IMG/VR virus record: IMGVR_UViG_3300046328_000321
Span: 49,369 to 113,368 of that record
Length of the DNA stretch: 64,000 bases
Source: a virus
Strand: one strand, 5' to 3'
Shown: in pieces, positions 9,411-17,821 of the stretch
Position numbering within the stretch: the first letter of the stretch is position 1
How the letters are laid out: every line of letters starts with the position of its first letter
Made by a program: the position numbers and the translations under genes
Notes under the pieces: generated by a model
Seen by the model: only the letters and a program-made list of their open reading frames with translations
What the model was told of the DNA's origin: nothing
The model's database searches: none

Positions 9411-10334
9411 ATGGAACGTTTCTATGGAAAGAAAGTGGAGATTCATTTCCACAAAAATTGTAAAGATGGTTTTACCTCAGCATATCTGTTCTACAGATAT
9501 ATGACAAATGTTTGCCGAGAAATCATCTTTACACCTGTTCAATATGACATGAGTCCTCCTATGTTGGCTGATGATGTTGATGCCTTGGTGATTGTCGATT
9601 TCAGTTATTCTGTTGAACAAACAGAAAAGTACAGAACTGAAGTTAAGAACCTTGTCTTCATGGACCATCACCTCAAAGCAGCTAAAGACCATGGAGGTTA
9701 TTGTTTTTGTGAAGTGAAGAGTGAATTTGGTCTATTCACAAAGATCATCAAAGAAGAGCGTTCAGGCGCTGGTCTCATGATGGATTTTTTGGAAGATATT
9801 GGGTTCGACATCATCGACATTCATAAAGAGGTAGCCCTCGCTGTGGAAGATCGGGATTTGTGGAATTTTAAACTTCCAAAAACAAAGTACTGGACACAAG
9901 TCTTGAACAACGTACATATGACGTTTGAGGCTTGGGATCAACTCTTAAATAACAAGGTTGCTTTGTCAGATGCATTTTCAAAGGCAGTTATTCAGGTAGA
10001 ACAGTATGAGTTTATGGTGGCAGGTTATGTCAAACATTCTGTGACTGTTAATACATCTGAGGGACCTATGGCTTTGATCAATTGTGCTTCTAACTTTGCA
10101 TCTTCTGTTGGTGAGACTTTGAGTAAAACCCATGCATTTGCTTGCATGTTCATTGTTTCACCTAAGGACAAAATTGTAATTTGTTCTCTGAGAAGTGACA
10201 AAGAAACAGGTGTGGACGTGTGCGCAATCGCCGAAAAACATGGTGGTGGCGGACATCGCAATGCTGCTGGATTCTCATTCAGCTTATCTGACACCATGAC
10301 TATGGCTAAGTTGATGGACGGATCTTTGTTTTAA
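9411..10334 (+). CDS. DHH/DHHA1 phosphoesterase
   Basis: H..C.DG, VDFS, MDHH, SLRS and GGGGHRNAAG motifs. Confidence 0.88.
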   Translation: MERFYGKKVEIHFHKNCKDGFTSAYLFYRYMTNVCREIIFTPVQYDMSPPMLADDVDALVIVDFSYSVEQTEKYRTEVKNLVFMDHHLKAAKDHGGYCFCEVKSEFGLFTKIIKEERSGAGLMMDFLEDIGFDIIDIHKEVALAVEDRDLWNFKLPKTKYWTQVLNNVHMTFEAWDQLLNNKVALSDAFSKAVIQVEQYEFMVAGYVKHSVTVNTSEGPMALINCASNFASSVGETLSKTHAFACMFIVSPKDKIVICSLRSDKETGVDVCAIAEKHGGGGHRNAAGFSFSLSDTMTMAKLMDGSLF

Positions 10335-10387
10335 CAAACTGTAAAAAAGAAGAGGGTAAACCTCTTCTTTTTTATTAAAGGATTAAA

Positions 10388-10774
10388 ATGAAACTATATT
10401 TTACCACAGATTTTCTTTGTGAGTTGATAGACCGTACTACCAAGAAAGTATTTTTCTCAGAAATAATTAGAATTAAACACATAGGTTACATTCATGAAGG
10501 TCAAAACATTGATAATTTTGATTTCACAAAAAACATAGGAGTAACTTTAGATTTTAAGAATGTGATATTATCAGCATTAGATGACCGTAGTAAATTTGTT
10601 CCGTCTTTGAAAAACACAGTAAAAACAAAAAATTTTTATATTGACATTTGTCAGCTGTCAAATACCACGCATACTGTTGAGACAGATGTAAAAAACGACA
10701 ACAATCCATATCTGATAAAAATTGTTGACAATTATTGCATAGTAAACATGTCTGACCTTTTTTTATCAAAGTAA
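10388..10774 (+). CDS. Hypothetical protein
   Basis: AAGGA RBS, ORF track. Confidence 0.55.
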   Translation: MKLYFTTDFLCELIDRTTKKVFFSEIIRIKHIGYIHEGQNIDNFDFTKNIGVTLDFKNVILSALDDRSKFVPSLKNTVKTKNFYIDICQLSNTTHTVETDVKNDNNPYLIKIVDNYCIVNMSDLFLSK

Positions 10775-10841
10775 CCTACATTGTGGAAATAAAAATTTCC
10801 ACAATGTAGGTCAATCTTTTAGAAGGAAACAAAAGGACAAA

Positions 10842-11279
10842 ATGCATTCATTTATAATAGATAAGACATTACCAGACTTTAAAGACTGTACGTGTCTTAC
10901 AACATTTTTCAATTTAATTGGTGAATATCTATTTCTGTGTTTCAGCAATGATACAGATGATGTTTATTTGTTTGATGGAAATTTTAGAATTTTAATGGAG
11001 TTTTCATCGGGCGGTGAGGTGTACTCTATAGCTACTGACTGTAAAACAAAAATAAAACTTGGATCATTTACAGCTCCACACAGCAATAAATGGGACAGTC
11101 AGTTAGAATTCACACCAAATTCTTCATTCAGTTTAATATTAAATGTTTTTCAACAACATGCTGAAGCCTACATAGAAAGAGAAAAGAAACTTTGTAAGTT
11201 TCTAATAAATGGTAAAGATCCACAGATCTTAAAAGATTTTATAGCTGGACATTGGGATAAATTCCCTAAGAAAGGTTAG
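10842..11279 (+). CDS. Hypothetical protein
   Basis: AAGGA RBS, ORF track. Confidence 0.55.
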   Translation: MHSFIIDKTLPDFKDCTCLTTFFNLIGEYLFLCFSNDTDDVYLFDGNFRILMEFSSGGEVYSIATDCKTKIKLGSFTAPHSNKWDSQLEFTPNSSFSLILNVFQQHAEAYIEREKKLCKFLINGKDPQILKDFIAGHWDKFPKKG

Positions 11280-11280
11280 T

Positions 11281-11511
11281 ATGTTCATCGTTTTCGATAT
11301 TCTTTATAAAAGTAATGGTGTTGAACGAATCGAAATGGCTGTATCTTCAGCTAAAGAAGCTGTGACAACTATCTGCTTACTATATGATCATCCCAGGGTC
11401 AAGGCTTTCAAAATGAGTCAATTTAGCCCTTCTGATTTGGGTATGGGTCCGAACGAAAATTATGAAAAATATCGTAAAGATAGTTTCACACAGCAAGACT
11501 ATCGAGATTAA
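11281..11511 (+). CDS. Hypothetical protein
   Basis: Operonic spacing. Confidence 0.55.
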   Translation: MFIVFDILYKSNGVERIEMAVSSAKEAVTTICLLYDHPRVKAFKMSQFSPSDLGMGPNENYEKYRKDSFTQQDYRD

Positions 11512-11523
11512 AAGAAAAATAAC

Positions 11524-11982
11524 ATGGAAAACGTTTTGAGAATGTACAAACAGCAACTTGATGAAATCATCCGGGAAGCTGAAAGCGACGGTGTGGTTCT
11601 GACCATTGAGTTGGTCAGCAAAAAGCCATTAGCTATGGGTAATCACCGTATGGTTTCGTTTGTTCGTGAAAAACGAAAATTAGCCACAGCGAATTCTGAG
11701 ATGCATAAAGCATTAGATGAATCTGTTAAACAGGCTGGTAGTGTTTTAGCCGGTGATTCTGTTAAAGAACCCCCGTTTAAAATTTCCAAGTCCTCTATCG
11801 ATCTGTATAGATGTGTATATCCCAGCAACCCCGCACTTCGTTTGGGTCAAACTTTTCACCAGTATTTCAAACTGGAAAAAATCACCAATCCCGAAGCTAA
11901 GGTACTTGCCGATCGTATTTACAACGCTGACGAGGTTGAGATCAAAGATTTGATTGACTACATCACAGATTGGAGCAATTGA
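11524..11982 (+). CDS. Hypothetical protein
   Basis: Operonic; C-terminal P.LRLGQ.F motif seen in small phage proteins. Confidence 0.55.
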   Translation: MENVLRMYKQQLDEIIREAESDGVVLTIELVSKKPLAMGNHRMVSFVREKRKLATANSEMHKALDESVKQAGSVLAGDSVKEPPFKISKSSIDLYRCVYPSNPALRLGQTFHQYFKLEKITNPEAKVLADRIYNADEVEIKDLIDYITDWSN

Positions 11983-12218
11983 TGATTCCGAAAAGCAGGA
12001 TCGCTGATGCGTGGAACAGATTCTTCAACATTCCACCCTTTAAAGACTATAAAGTCAAAGCCAGCAGTGAAGAAGAGCGTACGGCCATTTCACAAACTGT
12101 GGATCAAAAGAAACTTGCTTGCGACTACGACAAAATAGCCATGTCAGACAAGTGTACTTTCTATCTCACAGATGGTGAAGTGGTTTGCGCTACATGTGGC
12201 AAGACTATCAGAGTCTAA
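11970..12218 (+). CDS. Hypothetical protein with CxxC
   Basis: Operonic; followed by a terminator hairpin. Confidence 0.5.
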   Translation: MEQLMIPKSRIADAWNRFFNIPPFKDYKVKASSEEERTAISQTVDQKKLACDYDKIAMSDKCTFYLTDGEVVCATCGKTIRV

Positions 12219-12269
12219 AGAAGAACAGGCCGAAGCCTGTTCTTCTTTTTCATTTAAATAAGGTAACAC

Positions 12270-12596
12270 ATGCATACGTATGAAGAATTGATGGCCTGTG
12301 ACAAGTTCACTTTGGTTGAATACATCAAAGATCTGGAAACAGAACTTGAAGGATTAAGCACCAGAATAGGTCCTCTTATCATGTCAAAAGAATCTTACGA
12401 TAGAGTAGAGGTGGTGTTCCCTGACAATGTTTACAAACCTTTTGAAGAAATCATAGGTAAAGCTGTTTGGGAAATGCAAAATTTGTTACAACTGCGTGAA
12501 GCAGCAGCTGTGTCAGGAGCCATGCGTTGGTCTTGGTCCCAAGAAGCTGGTATTGTTTCCGATAATCCATCAGTTAAAAAGTTTCGTTATGTCTAA
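12270..12596 (+). CDS. Hypothetical protein
   Basis: AAGGT RBS, ORF track. Confidence 0.55.
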   Translation: MHTYEELMACDKFTLVEYIKDLETELEGLSTRIGPLIMSKESYDRVEVVFPDNVYKPFEEIIGKAVWEMQNLLQLREAAAVSGAMRWSWSQEAGIVSDNPSVKKFRYV

Positions 12597-12719
12597 ATGA
12601 GAGAGATCTATTTTACTTATTCAGAAGTTCAACATGGAATTTCATAAGGTCCGTGAAGTCAAATAAGGTAAATTTTATATATCTGAACAAGAATCCAGAC
12701 TGACATCTTTAAGAAGAAG

Positions 12720-13547
12720 GTGTCAAATACTGACTTACTATCGTTACCACCTCATCGAGAAAAGCAAATCGTGAAAATTCAATTTGACAACGAACAAACC
12801 TCAGTACGCCCACCTATGGATATCGATCTGTATAACAGGTGTGTTGATAAAACAATGGAATTTCTGAACTTCAAAGAAGATCCTAAAGATAAACGCAAAC
12901 TCGACAGGTACATCAAAACCAAGTTACCTAATCTGATTAAACTTCTCACCTATCCTGAACCAGGTGCCTTTACAGCCGTCAAACTGACGATCTCAGACAT
13001 GATGCATCTTAATGACGCAGGTGTCTTGAAACATCTGACAGAAGGATCAGCTATCGATAAAGCCAAGACTTATGTGTCTGAGTTGAAAATTATCGGAGAA
13101 GAGACTCTTGCTACAGGTAAAGTTCTACCTGTTTACTGTTATCACCCTACAGTGGAACATATGGTGAATTATTTTACCCATTGTTTCAACAACCATAAAG
13201 GTGACTTGATGGCCAGAGACCTTTTGTTCTTTAGCCCCATGGGGTTGATTAACAAAGAAGGTAATGTGTTGTCTGAACTTGAAGTAGCAGATACTATGAT
13301 CTCAGGTACTTATAAACTTAACGGTAAGTGGAGAGAATTCTCATCATGGATGGTTGCTCATAATAAAACTGTTAATAATACATTCAGCAGGGTTAAATAT
13401 ATAAAATTGTTAAAAATGATGCTGGCCATGTTGACTATAAAGGTTATATGGGATACCAAACAAAATGATAAAATGACTGATATAAGTATTATGAACCATG
13501 TTGAGTTTATTTTATCAAGTGTAACTAAAGACTGGTTATATGCATAA
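12720..13547 (+). CDS. Hypothetical protein
   Basis: 275-aa ORF. Confidence 0.6.
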   Translation: MSNTDLLSLPPHREKQIVKIQFDNEQTSVRPPMDIDLYNRCVDKTMEFLNFKEDPKDKRKLDRYIKTKLPNLIKLLTYPEPGAFTAVKLTISDMMHLNDAGVLKHLTEGSAIDKAKTYVSELKIIGEETLATGKVLPVYCYHPTVEHMVNYFTHCFNNHKGDLMARDLLFFSPMGLINKEGNVLSELEVADTMISGTYKLNGKWREFSSWMVAHNKTVNNTFSRVKYIKLLKMMLAMLTIKVIWDTKQNDKMTDISIMNHVEFILSSVTKDWLYA

Positions 13548-13640
13548 CCCTTTCTAAAAAGACACAATCATATAAACTATAATTGGTAATCTATCTCGGA
13601 TAATTTTTATTCCGAGATATTATCTAATGAAGAACAGATT

Positions 13641-13667
13641 GGGCGGATGGCGAAATAGGTAGACGCA
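13641..13667 (+). pseudogene. 5' fragment of a Leu-type tRNA (acceptor strand and D arm)
   Basis: GGGCGGA TG GCG AAATAGGTAGA CGC A; complementary acceptor strand TCTGCCC-A-CCA at 14603-14613. Confidence 0.75.
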
Positions 13668-13670
13668 AAA

Positions 13671-14168
13671 ATGGATAAAGAAAAACTTCTTGGATTATAT
13701 CCAGGTTACACTTCTGTTTTGGGACCTTACACAAGGCCGGACGGTAGAAAACACGTTATACTTAATAATTCTAACGCTTCTAACGGAACTAAGGGTAAGA
13801 CTAAAACTATCTCTTACCCCAAAGCCTTAATGGAAGTTGAATTAAATAAGAAACTCAATCCAGATGAAACTGTCGATCACCATGACAGAGATTTCACTAA
13901 CGATAACAGTATTAATTTAAAAGTGAAGACGCGCTCTTTACACGCGTCTGAAGATGCTTTACGAATTAAGGTAGAAGATATTAGATGTCCACAATGTGGA
14001 AAATATTTTACACCTAGTGTAAGTCAAAGAAATAAAGTAAACAGTATAATTGCTGGTCCATTTTGTAGTAAACAGTGTTCCGGGTTATATGGAACAAATA
14101 TTCAAAAAGGTATGCAGCCTTTTAAGAGAACAGAAATTAGAAAATATTACTATCGTAAAGATAAATAA
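13671..14168 (+). CDS. HNH homing endonuclease with C-terminal zinc finger
   Basis: ETVDHHDRDFTND..NL HNH motif; CPQC...FCSKQC. Confidence 0.85.
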   Translation: MDKEKLLGLYPGYTSVLGPYTRPDGRKHVILNNSNASNGTKGKTKTISYPKALMEVELNKKLNPDETVDHHDRDFTNDNSINLKVKTRSLHASEDALRIKVEDIRCPQCGKYFTPSVSQRNKVNSIIAGPFCSKQCSGLYGTNIQKGMQPFKRTEIRKYYYRKDK

Positions 14169-14191
14169 ATATTTTATTAGAGAACATTGGT

Positions 14192-14521
14192 GGCCCGCTG
14201 ATGAAATTGGTAGACATAACGGAAAACCAGAAAGTTAGTCCGCCTTTACTAGTAATAGTAAAGTAAACTGTGGGTGAACTCAGGAGAATCTAAAGCGCAA
14301 GCCATGATAATCGTGAGCCAAGCTAGAAGTACACTTCTAGAAGGTGCAGAGACTACTGGAAAGGTAAAGTCCTTTTAATAACCAGCTAGAGCGCCCACTA
14401 CCGTAATAGAATTTCTATCGGTAAAGAGATAGTCCATGTCCATTGGAAACTTTGGAACACATGCTTAAAATCCGTCGCTTCCGAAAGGAGCATTCCGGTT
14501 CGATTCCGGAGCGGGCCACCA
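14192..14521 (+). tRNA. trnL: tRNA-Leu(UAA) interrupted by a group I intron
   Basis: Joining 14192-14223 to 14464-14521 gives a cloverleaf: acceptor GGCCCGC/GCGGGCC, anticodon arm ACGGA-CTTAAAA-TCCGT, long variable arm, TTCGATT loop, CCA. Confidence 0.88.
14224..14463 (+). ncRNA. ORF-less group I intron (IC3/trnL-like core), 240 nt
   Basis: P AACTCAGGAGAA, Q AATCGTGAGCC, R GTGCAGAGACT, S AAGAGATAGTCC; P3 GTGGGTG/CGCCCAC; terminal G at 14463. Confidence 0.85.
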
Positions 14522-14543
14522 ATGTTCTCTTCAATCTTTAATA

Positions 14544-14613
14544 CTGCTCGTAGTTAAATGGATATAAAGCTTCTAAGTTTTAGTTCCAAGTTCGATTCCC
14601 GTTCTGCCCACCA
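14544..14613 (+). pseudogene. Chimeric pseudo-tRNA: degenerate Arg(UCU) body fused at the T-loop to the 3' end of the Leu fragment
   Basis: GCTCGTAGTTAAATGGATATAA...CTTCTAA...CCAAG TTCGATT then CCCGT TCTGCCC ACCA; T-stem and acceptor strands do not pair with each other. Confidence 0.6.
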
Positions 14614-14639
14614 TGTATTATTGTTTATTAATACACGAT

Positions 14640-14716
14640 AGGTCTGTAACTCAATAGGATAGAGTAACTCCCTTCTAAGGAGTAAGTTGCTGGTTCGAAT
14701 CCAGTCAGACCTACCA
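14640..14716 (+). tRNA. trnR: tRNA-Arg(UCU)
   Basis: AGGTCTG/CAGACCT acceptor, ACTCC-CTTCTAA-GGAGT arm, TTCGAAT loop, CCA. Confidence 0.93.
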
Positions 14717-14732
14717 TTTATTAATAAATAAC

Positions 14733-15398
14733 GCCGGTTTAACTCAGTTGGTAGAGTAATCGCCTTAAAAAAAAAATAATGTTTAAAAGGATTGATTATG
14801 TATAAAAATCAAAAGAGAAGATTAGATACTAACGGTTATATAATAGTTCACTGTCCAGAACACCCAAAAGCAATGAAGAACGGGAGTTTTGAAGGATATG
14901 TTTACGAACATGTTTTGATGGCAGAAGAAATTTTGGATAGATCTGTTAAAGAAGGTGAAGTAGTTCACCATCTTGATGAAAATAAAAGTAATAATTCCCC
15001 TGATAATTTATTGATTTTATCAAACCCAATGCATGTTAAACTTCATGGTTGGTTAAACAAACATGAAATAAAACCTAAAGAAAAACAAGAAGAGCGAATC
15101 AGATTAGGTTGTATCAGATGTAAAACATGTGAAAAACCAATTTTACCTAATTTAATATACTGTTCTCCTCAGTGCACATTCTTTGATAAAAGAAAATATG
15201 ATCATCCGAATAAAGAAACTTTGACTCAAATGGTCTGGTCTGAACCTACTTCTAAAGTTGCTATGAAATTAGGTGTTTCAGACAAAGCCATAGAAAAACT
15301 TTGTAAGAAATTTGAAGTTGAAAAACCTCCCAGAGGTTATTGGATGAAAAATAAATCAAAAGTGTAAGTCGTCTGTTCGAGTCAGACAACCGGCACCA
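14733..15398 (+). pseudogene. tRNA-Thr(UGU) split at the anticodon loop by an HNH gene
   Basis: 5' half GCCGGTT...ATCGC-CTT (14733-14766); 3' half GTAA-GTC-GTCTG-TTCGAGT-CAGAC-AACCGGC-ACCA (15364-15398); 3' anticodon-stem strand missing. Confidence 0.8.
14798..15367 (+). CDS. HNH homing endonuclease with zinc finger and C-terminal HTH
   Basis: YVYEHVLMAE...VVHHLDENKSNN.PDNL; CKTC..YCSPQC; KVAMKLGVSDKAI..PPRGYW. Confidence 0.88.
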   Translation: MYKNQKRRLDTNGYIIVHCPEHPKAMKNGSFEGYVYEHVLMAEEILDRSVKEGEVVHHLDENKSNNSPDNLLILSNPMHVKLHGWLNKHEIKPKEKQEERIRLGCIRCKTCEKPILPNLIYCSPQCTFFDKRKYDHPNKETLTQMVWSEPTSKVAMKLGVSDKAIEKLCKKFEVEKPPRGYWMKNKSKV

Positions 15399-15416
15399 AC
15401 AAACAAAAAGATTAAA

Positions 15417-15493
15417 GGGTGTGAAGCTTAAGTGGTATAAGCATCGGTCTCATAAACCGGAGATAGTCGATTCGAGTTCGACGGCACCCACCA
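15417..15493 (+). tRNA. tRNA with CAU anticodon (Ile2 or Met)
   Basis: TCGGT-CTCATAA-ACCGG arm, GTCGA-TTCGAGT-TCGAC, CCA; G7-G66 mismatch and A8 are atypical. Confidence 0.8.
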
Positions 15494-15519
15494 TTTAAAT
15501 TTAATAGAAGTACTTAACT

Positions 15520-15554
15520 AAAGCCCTCCGCTATTACTGCGGAGGGCTTTTTTT
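15520..15554 (+). terminator. Intrinsic terminator of the tRNA cluster
   Basis: AAAGCCCTCCGC/GCGGAGGGCTTT hairpin plus T-run. Confidence 0.85.
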
Positions 15555-15560
15555 ATTTGC

Positions 15561-16354
15561 AATAGGACTTACACAGAAATTCGTCAGCATTCACCGTTGA
15601 TGACACGGGACGGTAAATGTGCCGTCTCCACATGGAGCAAAGAATGAAACTTTTTATTGAGGGTGACAAATTCAAGGCAATTTGCAGTCACTGTAAAGAT
15701 TGGGTTGACACGACCTTCAAATATCGGGATGTGTCGTTCAGCAACGGTTCCGGTGTGGTGAAAGACATCCTGGTTGCGGTGTGCGACAGCTGTGGTCAAG
15801 TGGTGGCCACCCCGCCCCAGTCCACTCCAAAAATAAAGAAATCGCGCGCCAAAGCGCTCAAGTCGGTGGAAGTCAGTGTCCCAGCCACTCTGGACGATGC
15901 GGTGAACGTAGCGATGCACGCTATTGATGTCGACTTCTCACAAGAATTCAAAAAGAAGGCCTTGTGGCTGTTTGTGCGAACCTACGCCAATGGTCCTAAA
16001 GACCCGATCGGGTTGAAGGCGGAATATGCAGCCAAGATTGGTGCTTTTGGGAAAGTCAAGTCTCGGTTTTCTTTCAAGGTTTCAGAGGCGATGCTGGTGG
16101 ATCTCAAAAAGGCTTCCGAAACCTTCGGTGAGAATCAAACAGAAACACTCAAGATTGCCGCCTTTGACCTTTACAACAAAGTCATTGAGCAGAAAGACAA
16201 GCGGCTGATTGCCAAGCTGCGGGACATCGCCTACATGGCGTGAGCTGGTGTCACCGAAGGTCCAACTCTTTAGCCTTTGTCCTTTCCCACTATCCCAACT
16301 GCTCCTGCAGCCATTCCCTAGTGCATAGCGTAGAAATTATGCGTAGGTCCTATT
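15561..16354. mobile_element. GC-richer island bounded by imperfect 15-bp inverted repeats
   Basis: AATAGGACTTACACA (15561-15575) versus reverse complement of TGCGTAGGTCCTATT (16340-16354), 13/15 match; abrupt GC rise inside. Confidence 0.65.
15644..16243 (+). CDS. MqsA/YgiT-type zinc-finger protein, probable orphan antitoxin
   Basis: CSHC...YRDV...VKDILVAVCDSCG; GGAG RBS; host-like codon usage. Confidence 0.65.
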   Translation: MKLFIEGDKFKAICSHCKDWVDTTFKYRDVSFSNGSGVVKDILVAVCDSCGQVVATPPQSTPKIKKSRAKALKSVEVSVPATLDDAVNVAMHAIDVDFSQEFKKKALWLFVRTYANGPKDPIGLKAEYAAKIGAFGKVKSRFSFKVSEAMLVDLKKASETFGENQTETLKIAAFDLYNKVIEQKDKRLIAKLRDIAYMA

Positions 16355-16419
16355 TAAAAAGAAAACCTGGCTTTGGCTGGGTTTTCTTTTTTCCCTATAC
16401 ATTCATAATGTGTCAAAAA

Positions 16420-17019
16420 ATGAAAATTCCTTTATTTAAAAAGATTCCTCGAAGTGTCTATTTGGCATTTTCTGGGGGTGTTGATTCAACAGTATTATTA
16501 AATATTCTTCTTGAAAAGAAAATCGATGTGACATTACTTACAGTGGATCACGGAACTGACTACAGTTTTACAGAAGTTGAATTTGCTTTTGAGACTTCTG
16601 TTAGACATGGATTGGAAATCGTTTTTAAAGATATTCCTAAGTTTGATAAATCAACTTCTTTGGAATCTTTTTGGTCTAGAAAAAGAAATTTAATTTTTCA
16701 ATCCATGGATAAACCGGTGTTAACGGGACACCATTTGAACGATGCTGTTGAATGGTATTTCATGACATTTTGCCAGGGTAATGCCAGGGTTATTCATTAT
16801 CAGAATGAAAATGTGTTAAGACCTTTAATCATAACTCCTAAAGAGAAAATTATCAAATACGCAGAAGAGAGAAAAATAGAACATCTGACAGATCCGACCA
16901 ACAGCGACAGTGACTTTAATCTGCGTAACAAGATTAGAAATAATGTACTACCTGTAGTTAAAACAGCATTCCCAGGTTTAGAAACTACTGTTAGAAAGAT
17001 ACTCTTAAATTCAGAATGA
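16420..17019 (+). CDS. tilS: tRNA(Ile)-lysidine synthase-like PP-loop ATPase
   Basis: AFSGGVDS, VDHG, TGHHLND..E, RPL, DPTN...LRNKIR motifs. Confidence 0.85.
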   Translation: MKIPLFKKIPRSVYLAFSGGVDSTVLLNILLEKKIDVTLLTVDHGTDYSFTEVEFAFETSVRHGLEIVFKDIPKFDKSTSLESFWSRKRNLIFQSMDKPVLTGHHLNDAVEWYFMTFCQGNARVIHYQNENVLRPLIITPKEKIIKYAEERKIEHLTDPTNSDSDFNLRNKIRNNVLPVVKTAFPGLETTVRKILLNSE

Positions 17020-17034
17020 CATAAAGTTTATAGT

Positions 17035-17730
17035 TTGGTGTGTTGTTTTTTCTTAAGGGTTATTATGGTTAAACGAAATTATGCTTTAGAAGAATTGATG
17101 AAACGTGGTGTTATGGATGAACGTGACATTGACTACCTTGATCATTTAAAAGTACCCGAAGTTGAAGTGAACGATGTGGCTGTCGAAGGTATATTTCGTG
17201 CCGTGGTTCACGATGGAGCTACAGTTTATACTGATGCTTATCGTGAGATGAAGGGTTGGTTCCTTGGCATGGAATCCAAGCGCAAGTATATAGAAGAGAT
17301 CTGTATCGATTTGATCGACTGGCTCAAAGACAAAGAGCTTGAGGAAAAAGGTCTGGATCTTGATATGGGTACCTTCAAAACCTGGATGAAAACAAGTGAG
17401 ACCTTCTTCTGGAGGTACTATTTTCTTCTGGACGATGGCACCTGGAAACGCATTGAAACAGATCTGAGAACTGACCGTATCTCTGGTCTGGAACAGATGT
17501 ACGATATAAATTTTAAGGATCGTACTGAAATTGCCCGTTATCTTGATTCAGTCAAAGACATTAAAGGTTTGATAGAAGTTGTGGAAACTTATAAAGACAG
17601 ATCTAATAAGTTCTTCACTCTGATCTCTAAACGTAGGACTACAGTTAAGAGTTTCCCTTTTCAGGTTATTCTGTTGGGCGCTGCTGACTTACGCCGTACC
17701 GTGAAAAAGATTGTCAATTTGGCAATTTAA
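17035..17730 (+). CDS. Hypothetical protein
   Basis: ORF track; followed by a terminator hairpin. Confidence 0.6.
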   Translation: MVCCFFLRVIMVKRNYALEELMKRGVMDERDIDYLDHLKVPEVEVNDVAVEGIFRAVVHDGATVYTDAYREMKGWFLGMESKRKYIEEICIDLIDWLKDKELEEKGLDLDMGTFKTWMKTSETFFWRYYFLLDDGTWKRIETDLRTDRISGLEQMYDINFKDRTEIARYLDSVKDIKGLIEVVETYKDRSNKFFTLISKRRTTVKSFPFQVILLGAADLRRTVKKIVNLAI

Positions 17731-17821
17731 TCACTAAGATACCACAACCTATTGGGGTTGTGGTATCTTTTAAACCCCAAACTTCATCTATTGAAGTAAA
17801 TCATTCAACGAAAGAATCATC

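Noticed and set aside
16240-16419. N-terminal extension of TilS in the ORF track
   Set aside because: It spans the island's right repeat and a terminator hairpin; the likely start is 16408 or 16420.
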